NCBI GenBank assembly: GCA_944363935.1
Contig: CALVVT010000073.1
Location: forward strand, 4,226 to 68,225
Length of the DNA stretch: 64,000 nt
Reading direction: 5' to 3'
Source of the DNA: an uncultured Bacilli bacterium
Lineage (GTDB): Bacteria > Bacillota_I > Bacilli_A > RF39 > UBA660
The translations under genes and the position numbers were made by a program. The notes below the pieces were generated by a model, which was not told where the DNA came from, made no database searches, and was given only the letters and a program-made list of their open reading frames with translations. Positions within the stretch are counted from its first letter, which is position 1; the number at the start of each line of letters is the position of its first letter. Positions 1 to 9,537 of the stretch are shown here, piece by piece.

Positions 1-506
1 TTATCTCTACTACCATAATTATAAATAAATTTATTAATTAAAGTACTTTTACCTGTACTAGTACTACCAATAACATAAACATAATTACTCTTTTTTTTAT
101 TCATAATTAAATTATAAAGGTCATCTATTTGATAATTATTTAAACTACTAACAACTATTTTCCCAACAATATTTAAATGACTAGTTATTTTACTTAATAG
201 TTTATTTTCATAAATACCGCGTGGTAATAAATCTCTTTTAGTAAAAACTAAAATAACCGGATTACTAATATTTATTTCTTTTATCGTATGGACATTAAAT
301 AAATCAGTAACTAATAATACTAAATCATTAGTTTTATCAATTTCCCTTAAATATTTTTTTCCATCAATATCGGCTTTCTTATAAATATTATAATTTTGAA
401 TTTCAAAACAACGTTTACATAATTTTTTACTTAAATCTAATGTATAACCAATTTCATTTTCATTTTTATCTTGTAATAAGGCTCCGCAGCCTAAACATTT
501 ACTCAT
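1..506 (-). CDS. yqeH: Ribosome biogenesis GTPase YqeH (N-terminal zinc ribbon plus circularly permuted GTPase); the C-terminus runs off the window start
   Basis: Minus-strand ORF from ATG (rc) at 504-506. N-terminus CLGCGALLQ...CKRCF zinc ribbon, then the P-loop VIGSTSTGKSTLIN near the window edge. No stop before position 1. Neighbour is yqeG, as in the Bacillus yqeG-yqeH arrangement. Confidence 0.8.
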   Translation of the reverse strand, partial: MSKCLGCGALLQDKNENEIGYTLDLSKKLCKRCFEIQNYNIYKKADIDGKKYLREIDKTNDLVLLVTDLFNVHTIKEINISNPVILVFTKRDLLPRGIYENKLLSKITSHLNIVGKIVVSSLNNYQIDDLYNLIMNKKKSNYVYVIGSTSTGKSTLINKFIYNYGSRD

Positions 507-1020
507 AATAATTACCTCTTTTAAATAAGTTATTATTTTCAAGTTCTTTTATTTTTCTTTTTTCAAAAAAACGATTAAATTTAGTAAAAATAACATCTTT
601 ATCAGCTACAGGATTTACTAAAATTGTCGTAATTCCCACTTTATTACCTCCAACTACATCTGTCATTATTTGATCACCGATAATTGCGACTTCTTTAGGT
701 AAATAGTGAAAATCACTTAAAGCTTTTTTAAACTTAAAACTTAAAGGTTTTAAAGCAAAATAATAGTAAGGAACTTCTAAAAATTCGCCAAACTTTTTAA
801 CCTTTTTTTTAGGACTATTACTTAAAATAATTACCTTAAATCCTTTTTGTTTTAAACTAATAATTAAATCTTTAGTTTTTTCAGAAACTCCTAAACTTTT
901 AGAAGAAATTAAGGTATTATCTAAATCAAATAATAAGCATTTAATGCCATCACTATAAAGTTTTGAGTAATTAACCGTATAAATACTTTTTTGATAAATA
1001 TCCGGAATATATTTAGACAT
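499..1020 (-). CDS. yqeG: YqeG-family HAD-IIIA phosphatase
   Basis: 173 aa with the LLFDLDNTL HAD motif I and GDQIMTDV motif. Its stop overlaps the yqeH start. Confidence 0.75.
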   Translation of the reverse strand: MSKYIPDIYQKSIYTVNYSKLYSDGIKCLLFDLDNTLISSKSLGVSEKTKDLIISLKQKGFKVIILSNSPKKKVKKFGEFLEVPYYYFALKPLSFKFKKALSDFHYLPKEVAIIGDQIMTDVVGGNKVGITTILVNPVADKDVIFTKFNRFFEKRKIKELENNNLFKRGNYYE

Positions 1021-1081
1021 CTAATTACCTCCTTCAGCACCTTTATAATACCATATTTACTATATTTTGCCAAATTTTTGT

Positions 1082-1110
1082 TTGCATTTTTCAAAAAAAC
1101 GTGCTAGAAT
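1082..1110 (+). promoter_or_regulatory. SigA-type promoter: TTGCAT, 17-bp spacer, TGcTAGAAT (extended -10)
   Basis: -35 TTGCAT at 1082-1087, TG at 1102-1103, -10 TAGAAT at 1105-1110. It lies about 100 nt upstream of the MFS-CBS gene. Confidence 0.6.
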
Positions 1111-1125
1111 GGTATATGCCTGTTG

Positions 1126-1190
1126 ACACATGTAGTGAATTACCACGTAAATCTGATTACGCAAGGAAACATATACATGTGTTTTTTTTG
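1126..1190 (+). terminator. Leader hairpin plus U-tract; attenuator or riboswitch-like terminator in the 5' UTR of the MFS-CBS transporter gene
   Basis: Perfect 9-bp stem, ACACATGTA (1126-1134) pairing with TACATGTGT (1174-1182). There is an inner CGTAA/TTACG stem and a following T8 run (1182-1189). It sits between the promoter and the RBS GGAGGA at 1198. Confidence 0.5.
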
Positions 1191-1210
1191 GGCTTTAAAG
1201 GAGGAAAATT

Positions 1211-3061
1211 ATGAAAAAACCAATACTTATTTTAATTGTTGCAGCATTTGGAGCTTTTTTAGGAACTTTTAACGAAACCTTTTTAAATATTGCGCTCGCA
1301 CCAATTATGAAAGATTTTAAAGTTGATGTTTCAACTGTTCAGTGGTTAACAACTGCTTACATGCTAGGAGCGGCGATTATGATTCCGATTGCTTCGTATC
1401 TATATCGCAAATTTAAAACTAAACCCCTTTTCTTATTTACGGTATCTTTACTAATTATTGGTAGTTTAGTTTGTGCTTTCGCGCCTAATTTTCCAGTAAT
1501 GCTAACTGGGCGAATTTTACAATCTTTAGGAACAGGAATGCTAACACCAATTGGCATGAATATGGTTTTAAACGTTGTTCCCAAAGAAAAAATGGGATCT
1601 TATATGGGCCTTATGGGAGCTGCCACTACTTTAGGACCATCAGTTAGTATAATTGTAGCAGGACTTTTATTAAGTCTAGCTTCTTGGCACATTTTATTCT
1701 TTGTTTTTGCCGCATTAATGGTTATTTTATTTATTATGGGGGCCGTTATTATTGGTAAAGACGAAAAAAATGAAAATCCAAAATTAGATATTTTATCTGT
1801 TACTTTAATAAGTTTAGCTTTAATCGGTATTTTATATGGTATTTCTACCCTATTTTCTGGAAATATTGTTATAGCGGTAAGTGTAATTATTATTGGCATT
1901 ATTTGTTTAATTATTTTTATCAAAAGGCAAAATAAATTAGATATCCCATTTATCAATTTTAAACCATTAACCGTTAAAAAATTTAGAACTGGTCTTGGTT
2001 TAAATTTAATTGCTATGTTTATTTTACTTGCGCTTAACGTTATTATGCCTTTATTTATCCAAAATGCCCTTAATACTTCTTCATTAAATGCTTCACTCAC
2101 TTTATTTCCAGCTATTGCTGTTTCTTGTATTCTCGCACCTATTGCTGGAAAAATATACGATAATAAAGGTGGGAAAATAATTATTCCATTAGGATATTTA
2201 CTTATTTCTATTTTTATTATCATTATGAGTCTTACAATTCATATAAATTCTTTAATTTTAATATCTTTATTATATATTCCTATTGCTGGCTTTATGAGTT
2301 TAATTATCGGACCGGCTCAAAGTTTTGCTTTAAGTGCCCTTCCTAAAAAACAAAATCCCGATGGTGTTACTTTAGTAACAGCTGGTTTTCAAATTGCTGG
2401 TTGTTTAGGAACATCATTATTTACTGGTGTTTATTCTTTAATGACAAATATAAAAATTCAAAGTAATTATTCTAATTATGCAGCTATGGAGTTTGCTTTT
2501 ATCATTACTTTAATTGTAGCTTTTGTTATTGCTTTTAGTGGCTTTCTATTAGCTTTAAAAGTTAAAAAACTCGAAAAAGAAACTATTATTACTAGTGATT
2601 TAAAACTAGAACAAATTATGAAAAAAGATATATATACAGTTAAAGAAAATGATAGTTTATTAAGTGCTTTATCTTTAATTAGTGAAAAACATATAAGTGG
2701 TGTTCCAGTTACCGATAATCAAGGTAATTTAAGTGGTTTTATCAGTGATGGCGATATTATGCGTTACCTTGAAAAAGCCCATCCATTATTTATTAATGCT
2801 TATTCACTAGCTTTATTAAGTAAAGAAAACACTTTTGACGAAAAACTTAAAAATTTAATGGATTTAAAAGTTAAAGACATTATGAAAAAGAAAGTTCTTA
2901 CTATTGATATTAATACTAATTTAGAAGATGTTTGCCGAATCCTTGAAAGTAAACACCTTAAAAAAGCTCCTGTTATTAAAAATGGTAAAATGATTGGTAT
3001 TATCAACCGGTCAAATATTACCAGTTATGCTGTTAATTCTTATTTACAGTTAGCTAAATAG
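1211..3061 (+). CDS. MFS transporter (DHA2/EmrB-like, 14-TMS type) fused to a C-terminal tandem CBS-domain pair
   Basis: 616 aa. N-terminal ~460 aa are polytopic with an MFS signature region (VQWLTTAYMLGAAIMIP). C-terminal ~150 aa contain two CBS-like modules (ISGVPVTDNQGNLSGFISDGDIM and LKKAPVIKNGKMIGIINRSNI). Confidence 0.75.
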   Translation: MKKPILILIVAAFGAFLGTFNETFLNIALAPIMKDFKVDVSTVQWLTTAYMLGAAIMIPIASYLYRKFKTKPLFLFTVSLLIIGSLVCAFAPNFPVMLTGRILQSLGTGMLTPIGMNMVLNVVPKEKMGSYMGLMGAATTLGPSVSIIVAGLLLSLASWHILFFVFAALMVILFIMGAVIIGKDEKNENPKLDILSVTLISLALIGILYGISTLFSGNIVIAVSVIIIGIICLIIFIKRQNKLDIPFINFKPLTVKKFRTGLGLNLIAMFILLALNVIMPLFIQNALNTSSLNASLTLFPAIAVSCILAPIAGKIYDNKGGKIIIPLGYLLISIFIIIMSLTIHINSLILISLLYIPIAGFMSLIIGPAQSFALSALPKKQNPDGVTLVTAGFQIAGCLGTSLFTGVYSLMTNIKIQSNYSNYAAMEFAFIITLIVAFVIAFSGFLLALKVKKLEKETIITSDLKLEQIMKKDIYTVKENDSLLSALSLISEKHISGVPVTDNQGNLSGFISDGDIMRYLEKAHPLFINAYSLALLSKENTFDEKLKNLMDLKVKDIMKKKVLTIDINTNLEDVCRILESKHLKKAPVIKNGKMIGIINRSNITSYAVNSYLQLAK

Positions 3062-3131
3062 AAAACTTAATTGTTTTCTTTTTTTATTAATATTTACTTT
3101 TTTTAGACATATTTTTTATTAGAGGTGGAAT

Positions 3132-4283
3132 ATGAGAAAATGTTTATTATTACTTTTAATTTTATTAATCCTTCCTATTAAAGCCTTCGCCGAAGAGGAT
3201 TTTAAACTTGCGCCTAATAGTAAAAGTTCTATTTTAATTGAAGCTAGTACTGGCGAAGTAATCTATGAAAATAATGCTGACGAAAAATTAAATCCCGCTA
3301 GTATGACAAAAATGATGAGTATGCTTTTAATTATAGAAGCAATTGAAAATAAAACTATTAACTGGGACGATAAAGTTACAGTAAGTGAAAATGCATCTAG
3401 TATGGGTGGTAGTCAAATTCTTTTAGAAACAGGCGAAGAAATGAGCGTTAGAGATTTATTTAAAGGTGTTGCTATATCTTCTGGAAACGATGCGGTTGTC
3501 GCTTTAGCAGAAACAGTTGCAGGCACGGAAGATGCTTTTATCAGTATGATGAACGAAAAAGCTAAAAAATTAAAACTTAAAAATACTAATTTTAAAACTC
3601 CACATGGACTTGATGCCGCTAATCATTATTCAAGTGCGAGAGATATGAGTATTATTGCTAGAGAACTAGTCAAACACAAACAAGTATTAGAATTTACTAA
3701 AGTTTATGAAGATTATTTAAGAGAAAATACTGATAAAAAAATATGGCTTGTTAATACTAATAAATTAGTTAGATTTTATGATGGCGTTGATGGTTTAAAA
3801 ACTGGTTATACCAAAGAAGCTGGTTATTGTTTAACTGCTACTGCTGAAAAAGATGGTATGCGAATTATTGCTGTAGTAATGGGTGAACCTGACAGTAAAA
3901 CTAGAAATGCCGAAGTTAGTGAAATGCTTGATTATGCTTTTGCCCAATATAAAACTGAAAATTTACTTAATAAAGATATTATCGGAACTTATGAAGTTGA
4001 TAAAGGAAAACAAAGATATGTAAATGTTATTCCGGAAACTAAAGTAAATGTTTTAAAGAAAAAAGCTGAAAAAAAAGGAAATGCTAGTTACGAAGCAAGT
4101 TTAGAACCTTTAAAAGCTCCGCTAAAAAAAGGAGAAGTTGTTGGAAAATTAAAAATTAAAGAAAATGGTAAATATATTAGAACTATTAATTTAATTACAG
4201 ATAAAAAAATAGATAAAGCTAATATTTTTGAATTATATTTACAAAATTTAAAAGATGTTATAACTGGAAAAACTAGCATGTAA
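3132..4283 (+). CDS. dacA: D-alanyl-D-alanine carboxypeptidase (low-molecular-weight PBP, S11 family)
   Basis: Signal peptide; SMTKMM (SxxK), SGN and KTG motifs; PBP5-like C-terminal domain. Confidence 0.85.
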   Translation: MRKCLLLLLILLILPIKAFAEEDFKLAPNSKSSILIEASTGEVIYENNADEKLNPASMTKMMSMLLIIEAIENKTINWDDKVTVSENASSMGGSQILLETGEEMSVRDLFKGVAISSGNDAVVALAETVAGTEDAFISMMNEKAKKLKLKNTNFKTPHGLDAANHYSSARDMSIIARELVKHKQVLEFTKVYEDYLRENTDKKIWLVNTNKLVRFYDGVDGLKTGYTKEAGYCLTATAEKDGMRIIAVVMGEPDSKTRNAEVSEMLDYAFAQYKTENLLNKDIIGTYEVDKGKQRYVNVIPETKVNVLKKKAEKKGNASYEASLEPLKAPLKKGEVVGKLKIKENGKYIRTINLITDKKIDKANIFELYLQNLKDVITGKTSM

Positions 4284-4307
4284 AAAAAGGCCTACTAAAT
4301 AGGTCTT

Positions 4308-4703
4308 TTATCTATGCATACCTTCACTAACTTGATTTTGAAGGGTTTTATCTAATACTTTAGTTACTTTGGCATAAACTAAAGTCCGGCCATTATCTTT
4401 TTCAACTTCGTCTTCCACATAACTACCTTTTGGTGTACAAGTATTTAAAATAACAATATTTGATATTTCATTTTGATCATTAATTAAAGATACATCTCTT
4501 TTAGTAATGGCAGTATCTTCAAATCTATTTATTTTAGCAAGTAATTCTTCTTCTGAACTATAATTACCTGCTTCAGCCTCATAACCACTTAACTCACCGG
4601 CGGCAAAAACAATTGAAACAAACCTTGCTACTCTTTGGACTCTTATTTTCTTTTTTCTAATTTCTTCTATTTTTTCTTTATTCCTATAAGTTATATCTAC
4701 CAA
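4308..4703 (-). CDS. Hypothetical small protein (131 aa)
   Basis: Intact ORF with no family recognised. It is preceded by the duplicated promoter-containing repeat. Confidence 0.4.
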   Translation of the reverse strand: MVDITYRNKEKIEEIRKKKIRVQRVARFVSIVFAAGELSGYEAEAGNYSSEEELLAKINRFEDTAITKRDVSLINDQNEISNIVILNTCTPKGSYVEDEVEKDNGRTLVYAKVTKVLDKTLQNQVSEGMHR

Positions 4704-4723
4704 TTATATCACCTCTTGCTTAT

Positions 4724-4783
4724 ACTATAACACATTTCCCTTATAAATAAAAGTTTTTTTAAAGAAAAAATCCATACTTTACA
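4724..4783. repeat. 60-bp direct repeat, copy A (58/60 identical to copy B at 7002-7060); contains an extended -10 promoter on the minus strand
   Basis: ACTATAACACATTTCCCTTATAAATAAAAGTTTTTTTAAAGAAAAAATCCATACTTTACA. On the minus strand it reads ...TTTATAagggaaatgTGtTATAGT. Confidence 0.85.
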
Positions 4784-4894
4784 ATGAAAAGCATAATTTT
4801 ACTATTATACAAAAAAAGGGCTTTTTTTACCCTTGTCATACATTTGTTAGTACAATTCTTAAATGAATGTACATACTTTTTTTCGTTAATTAAA

Positions 4895-6937
4895 TTACTT
4901 TTTTAATATTTTTGGCCTTTCTAAACATAACATAGGTTGATTATACACTATCAATTGATGTTGAGCTCTAGTACATACAACATAATATAAATTTCTTTCT
5001 TCTTCTGTATAATAATTATCAGGTTTAGTATATGCTATAACGCCGTCAAATTCTAATCCTTTAGCTATATATGAAGGCAAAATAGAAATTTTGTTTTTTT
5101 CTATAGTATTTTTGACAAATATATTCTCTGAAGAATTAGCCACAAGTCTTTTGTGAAGATTAATTATCTCTTTATCGTCTTTTGTAATAATAGCTATTGT
5201 TTGCATACCATCATTTTTCATTTTCTTCAAATCGCTAATAATATCATTTATATCATTACTTTCTCTTTTTAAAACAGAAAAACCGTTTTTACCTCTAATT
5301 GAAGTGATATTATTAATATTTAAAATTTTACTAGCAAATTCAATTATCTCTGAACTAGATCTATATGTTTTATTTAATTCTATATAATTAGCTTCATTAT
5401 CAAAAATGATTTTTAATTCTTTTAATGATTTATATGTACTATCAGGATTTATAGATTGGTTAATATCACCTAAAATAGTGAAAAAAGCTTTAGGAAAAAT
5501 TTTCTTTAATATCCAAAATTGTAATGAAGAATAATCTTGAGCTTCATCAACAACCACGTGTTTAACTTCACTATTATATGGAAAATCATTTAACTGAAAA
5601 TAGATGTATATAATTCCCGTAATATCATCATAATATAATTTATTATTCTCTCTAATAATATTTTTCTCTTCTAAAAATCCTTTAAAAATATGAACAGGAT
5701 CAAGGTCAATATTTATTTTTTCATTTAAAATGTTTTTAATCTTTGTTTTATATTTCTTTAAAGGAACATTAATACTATGACAAATGTATTCAGCAATTTT
5801 TTCTATTCTTTCGGTAAAAGGTAATTTTTTATACTTAATCATTAATAAATCGTTTAATTCTAAATGATTAAAACAAAAGCCATTTAAAGTAATTCCTGTT
5901 TTAAAAATATGCTTTTTTAAATAACTATCAAGATATTTATCTAATTCTTCTTTTGTGTATAGGTTTTTTACTATACTCTCATTTCTTAATTCGTTATATT
6001 TACGTTTTAAAAAATCTGAAAATGTTTCTAACTTTTTATATTTTTTTAAATAAGTTTTTGCAATATCACTAAAAGTAGTATTTAAAACATTTTCTTCACC
6101 TAATTCAGGTAAAACGTCAGAAATATATTCTGAAAAAACATTATTAGGAGAAAATATTAAAATATTTTTAGAAGTTAAACCTTTTTCTTTATATAATAAA
6201 TAAGCAATGCGGTGTAGGGCAACAGAAGTTTTACCACTTCCCGCAATCCCTTGAACAATTAAATATTTATCTTTCGTATTCCTAATAATTTGATTTTGCT
6301 CTTTTTGAATTGTTGTAACAATATTTTTCATTTTATCACTTGAGTGAGAAGATAAAACTTCTTGCAACATATCATCATCAATATTAATATCATTTTCAAT
6401 AATTCTTTTTAATTTACCATCTTCGATTTTATATTGTCTTCTTAAGGTAATTTCACCATCTATCACTCCCATTGGAGCTTCATAACTAGCTTTTCCAACC
6501 GTATAATCGTAAAAAAGGCTAGAAATTGGTGCTCGCCAATCAAATATATAATTTTTATTTTCATTATTAAGACCATATAATCCTATATATACCTTAATTG
6601 TTTCATCCGGTAATTTAAAATCTATTCTTCCAAAATAAGCCTTATCTAATATTTTTTCATATTTAAATACTTTTTTAATTTTAGCATTAGTAATTTCTAC
6701 TTTAGCATCAGTGTCATTTAATAAATTACCATACTCAAGATCACTTAAGCTTTTACAATCATTCCATATATATTTTTTCAATTCGAAGATTTCCTGTTTT
6801 TCTTTGGTAATTTTAACATCAATTTCTTTAATAAATTTTTTTGCCACTTTTTTCACTTCAGTTAAATATTTATTTTCCTCTTTTAATGTATTATTATTAA
6901 CATTCATAGCATCACCTGTTAAATAATATTTTAACAC
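4895..6937 (-). CDS. helD: HelD-like UvrD/Rep superfamily helicase (DNA helicase IV / RNA polymerase recycling factor family)
   Basis: 680 aa. Walker A GIAGSGKTSVALHRIAYLL, DEAQD box (VVVDEAQDYS), UvrD-type C-terminal motifs and a HelD-like N-terminal domain. Confidence 0.75.
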   Translation of the reverse strand: MLKYYLTGDAMNVNNNTLKEENKYLTEVKKVAKKFIKEIDVKITKEKQEIFELKKYIWNDCKSLSDLEYGNLLNDTDAKVEITNAKIKKVFKYEKILDKAYFGRIDFKLPDETIKVYIGLYGLNNENKNYIFDWRAPISSLFYDYTVGKASYEAPMGVIDGEITLRRQYKIEDGKLKRIIENDINIDDDMLQEVLSSHSSDKMKNIVTTIQKEQNQIIRNTKDKYLIVQGIAGSGKTSVALHRIAYLLYKEKGLTSKNILIFSPNNVFSEYISDVLPELGEENVLNTTFSDIAKTYLKKYKKLETFSDFLKRKYNELRNESIVKNLYTKEELDKYLDSYLKKHIFKTGITLNGFCFNHLELNDLLMIKYKKLPFTERIEKIAEYICHSINVPLKKYKTKIKNILNEKINIDLDPVHIFKGFLEEKNIIRENNKLYYDDITGIIYIYFQLNDFPYNSEVKHVVVDEAQDYSSLQFWILKKIFPKAFFTILGDINQSINPDSTYKSLKELKIIFDNEANYIELNKTYRSSSEIIEFASKILNINNITSIRGKNGFSVLKRESNDINDIISDLKKMKNDGMQTIAIITKDDKEIINLHKRLVANSSENIFVKNTIEKNKISILPSYIAKGLEFDGVIAYTKPDNYYTEEERNLYYVVCTRAQHQLIVYNQPMLCLERPKILKK

Positions 6938-7001
6938 ATTTATAAATTTTATAAAACTAATTGTCAGACAATTTATTCAAAATACATTTTATAAAGTAAT
7001 A

Positions 7002-7060
7002 ACTATAACACATTTCCCTTATAAATAAAAGTTTTTTAAAGAAAAAAGCCATACTTTACA
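7002..7060. repeat. Direct repeat copy B (pairs with 4724-4783); it ends exactly at the alaS stop codon
   Basis: Same sequence as copy A apart from one T-run length difference and one T/G substitution. Confidence 0.85.
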
Positions 7061-8812
7061 TTATTCAAGTATAGCTTTAATTCTTCTAACACCAGCACTA
7101 CTAGCTTCTTCTTTCTTTATTTTAAAATGTCCAAGTTCACTAGTATTTTTAACATGAGGGCCTCCACATAATTCTTTAGAAATATTTCCAATACTATAAA
7201 CTGTAACAATATCAGGATATTTGTCTATAAACATACATTCAGCACCTGATTTTAAAGCATCTTCTTTACTCATTTCTTCACTAGTTACTTCTAATCCTTC
7301 TTTAATCCAATTATTTACTAACTGTTCTACAGCTTCTTTTTCTTCGTCAGTTAATTTATGATCACAAGCAAAGTCAAAACGCATTCTTTCTTTAGTTATA
7401 TTACTACCTTTTTGATGGACACTATTACCAATAACTTGTTTTAAAGCCGCATTCAATAAATGAGTTGCTGTATGATATTTAGTTTCAATAATACTATTAC
7501 CTGATAAACCACCTTTAAATTTACCAGCGGCAGCGGTTCTTGATTTTTCTTGATGCTCCTTAAATTTTTCTTTAAAACCTTCTGTATCGACAATAATATT
7601 TTCTTCTTTAGCAAGTTCTTCAGTAAGTTCAATTGGAAAACCATAAGTATCATATAATTTAAACGCTAAATCTTTATTAATTTTATTATCAGTTAAATTT
7701 TTCTTTATTTTTTCAAACTCTTTTAAACCTTTTTCTAAAGTTCGATTAAATTTATTTTTTTCGTTTTTTAAAACTTCTAAAACAACATCTTTATTTTCTT
7801 TAATCTCATGATAATAATTTTCATATTTAGTCATGATTAATAAAGCTATTTCTTTATCCCAGTCACTATTAATATCGATATTTAATTTTTTCGCATGTCT
7901 AATAGCTCTTCTTAAAAGTCTTCTTAAAATATAACCTTGATCGGTATTACTTGGTTTTATACCAGCAGGGTCAGCAGCAATAAAGACAGCGGTTCTTAAA
8001 TGATCAGCTATTATTCGCATTGATTTTTCATGACCTTGATAAGGTAAATTAGTAATTTCTACAATTTTATCAATAACATCTTGCCAAATAGAACTTTGAT
8101 AGTTATCATTTACCCCTTCTAAAACAGCCGTTATTCTTTCAACTCCCATACCAGTATCAACATTTTTACTTGGAAGTTCAGTAACATTACCATCTTCGTC
8201 TTGATAAAATTCCATAAAGACATTATTCCAAATTTCAACCCATCTATCGTCTTCAGGATTAAATTTTTCAGGAATTTCGTCGTCACTTCTAAAGTAAAAT
8301 ATTTCAGTATCGCCTCCACAAGGACCACTAGTTCCAGCTATCCAGAAATTATCTTCTCTTCCTAAATAAGCAATTCTCTCTTCTTTAATTCCAAGACTTT
8401 TCCATTTATTTGCAGATACCTCATCCCGTGGTATTTTTTCGTCGCCTTTATAAACAGTAATAGCTAGTTTTTCTAAAGGAATATTTAAAACTTTAGTTAA
8501 AAATTCAAAGCTGTATTCAATACTTTCATTTTTAAAATAATCTCCTAAACTCCAGTTTCCTAACATTTCAAAAAATGTATGATGGGTTGTATCTCCAACT
8601 TCGTCTAAATCATTGGTTCTAATACATTTTTGATAATCACAAAGTCTCGTTCCATAAGGATGATGCTCTCCCATTAAATAAGGAACAAGAGGCTGCATTC
8701 CTGCAGTATTAAATAATACTGAAGGGTCATTTTCCGGTACAACTGGGGCTGAAGGAATCTGTTTGTGACCTTTACTAACAAAATATTCTATAAATAAATC
8801 TTTAATGTTCAT
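7061..8812 (-). CDS. alaS: Alanine--tRNA ligase, short form: catalytic domain plus editing domain, no C-Ala domain
   Basis: HHTFFEMLGNWSLGDYFK, DTGMGVERI and YDTYGFP match the AlaRS catalytic core. The C-terminus has the editing HTATH...CGGPH zinc motifs. The protein stops after GVRRIKAILE at 583 aa, whereas canonical AlaRS is about 870 aa. Confidence 0.8.
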   Translation of the reverse strand: MNIKDLFIEYFVSKGHKQIPSAPVVPENDPSVLFNTAGMQPLVPYLMGEHHPYGTRLCDYQKCIRTNDLDEVGDTTHHTFFEMLGNWSLGDYFKNESIEYSFEFLTKVLNIPLEKLAITVYKGDEKIPRDEVSANKWKSLGIKEERIAYLGREDNFWIAGTSGPCGGDTEIFYFRSDDEIPEKFNPEDDRWVEIWNNVFMEFYQDEDGNVTELPSKNVDTGMGVERITAVLEGVNDNYQSSIWQDVIDKIVEITNLPYQGHEKSMRIIADHLRTAVFIAADPAGIKPSNTDQGYILRRLLRRAIRHAKKLNIDINSDWDKEIALLIMTKYENYYHEIKENKDVVLEVLKNEKNKFNRTLEKGLKEFEKIKKNLTDNKINKDLAFKLYDTYGFPIELTEELAKEENIIVDTEGFKEKFKEHQEKSRTAAAGKFKGGLSGNSIIETKYHTATHLLNAALKQVIGNSVHQKGSNITKERMRFDFACDHKLTDEEKEAVEQLVNNWIKEGLEVTSEEMSKEDALKSGAECMFIDKYPDIVTVYSIGNISKELCGGPHVKNTSELGHFKIKKEEASSAGVRRIKAILE

Positions 8813-9347
8813 AATCCACCTCTTCTAAAATTTTTCTGGTTTTTAAAATTAAATTTTCGGTATTTCCATCGTTTTCAAGCAAATAATCATAATTTTGATA
8901 ATTATCCAAAGCATGCTCGGTAATATGTTTTTTTTGTTTTTCGGTTAAATTATTTTCAAAACCAGGTCTTTCTACTTTTATAATAAATACATCTTTAAAT
9001 TTACTTTTAGGAATGTCTAACTCATTAGGAAATCTGCCACCAGATATAACGATAACATCAAAGAAATAACTATAAACAACAATATCTTCACATAATCTAT
9101 TTATAAAGAAATCTTTATTTATTTTTTCTCTTACTATATCTGTCCCAATAGTTTGTAAAAGTTCCCTAGGTTTTGTTTCATCCCTACCATCCCAATTAGT
9201 AATTTTCATAGCATAATTTTTTATATAATCAGAAAAACCTAATCTTACTACTTTTTTATTTTTATTTTCATAATAATTTACTATTTCTGTTGCCACAGTA
9301 TCTTTACCAGTTCTAGCTTTACCAGCTAATAAAAATATTTTTGTCAT
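8802..9347 (-). CDS. P-loop NTPase, deoxynucleoside monophosphate kinase-like
   Basis: N-terminal LAGKARTGKDT Walker A typical of dNMP-kinase-like proteins. It overlaps the alaS start by 11 nt and is the first ORF after the T-box leader. Confidence 0.5.
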   Translation of the reverse strand: MTKIFLLAGKARTGKDTVATEIVNYYENKNKKVVRLGFSDYIKNYAMKITNWDGRDETKPRELLQTIGTDIVREKINKDFFINRLCEDIVVYSYFFDVIVISGGRFPNELDIPKSKFKDVFIIKVERPGFENNLTEKQKKHITEHALDNYQNYDYLLENDGNTENLILKTRKILEEVDYEH

Positions 9348-9361
9348 AACTTTCTCCTCTC

Positions 9362-9525
9362 AAAAGAAAAACCACGGGCTATTTCTAGGAACGAAAAGCC
9401 GTGGTACCATCCTAATTAAACTTAATTATGATAACGGTTTTACCCGGAAATGTTTACATTTCTCTCGAAAATAGCTTCAGTTAATTTTATTTACTAGTTT
9501 TCACCGGCCACTAGCTCTCTATAAA
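9362..9525 (-). promoter_or_regulatory. T-box riboswitch leader (probable Ala specifier GCU) with terminator/antiterminator
   Basis: Minus strand reads AGAGAGCUAGUGG ... GAA-GCU-A ... then the T-box motif AAUUAGGAUGGUACCACGG (fwd 9399-9417). The terminator is CCACGGCUUUUCGUUCCUAGAAAUAGCCCGUGG (fwd 9372-9404) followed by U5CUUUU (fwd 9362-9371). Confidence 0.85.
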
Positions 9526-9537
9526 ATAAATATTAAC

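Noticed and set aside
1357-2223. Antisense ORFs (75 aa, 207 aa) inside the MFS transporter gene, and similar short antisense ORFs throughout the track (2800-3006, 4088-4279, 6711-6926, 7453-7653, 8131-8328, 10849-11133, 13093-13441, 15562-15900, 18132-18317, 19258-19467, 21261-21848, 22164-22370, 23046-23231, 25313-25666, 29592-29834, 32784-33129, 35725-36006, 36488-37129, 44196-44420, 44639-45247, 52597-52860, 60750-61402, 63293-63562)
   Set aside because: Each is fully embedded in, or opposite to, a longer ORF with clear homology. They have low-complexity or hydrophobic translations typical of AT-rich antisense frames and no RBS.
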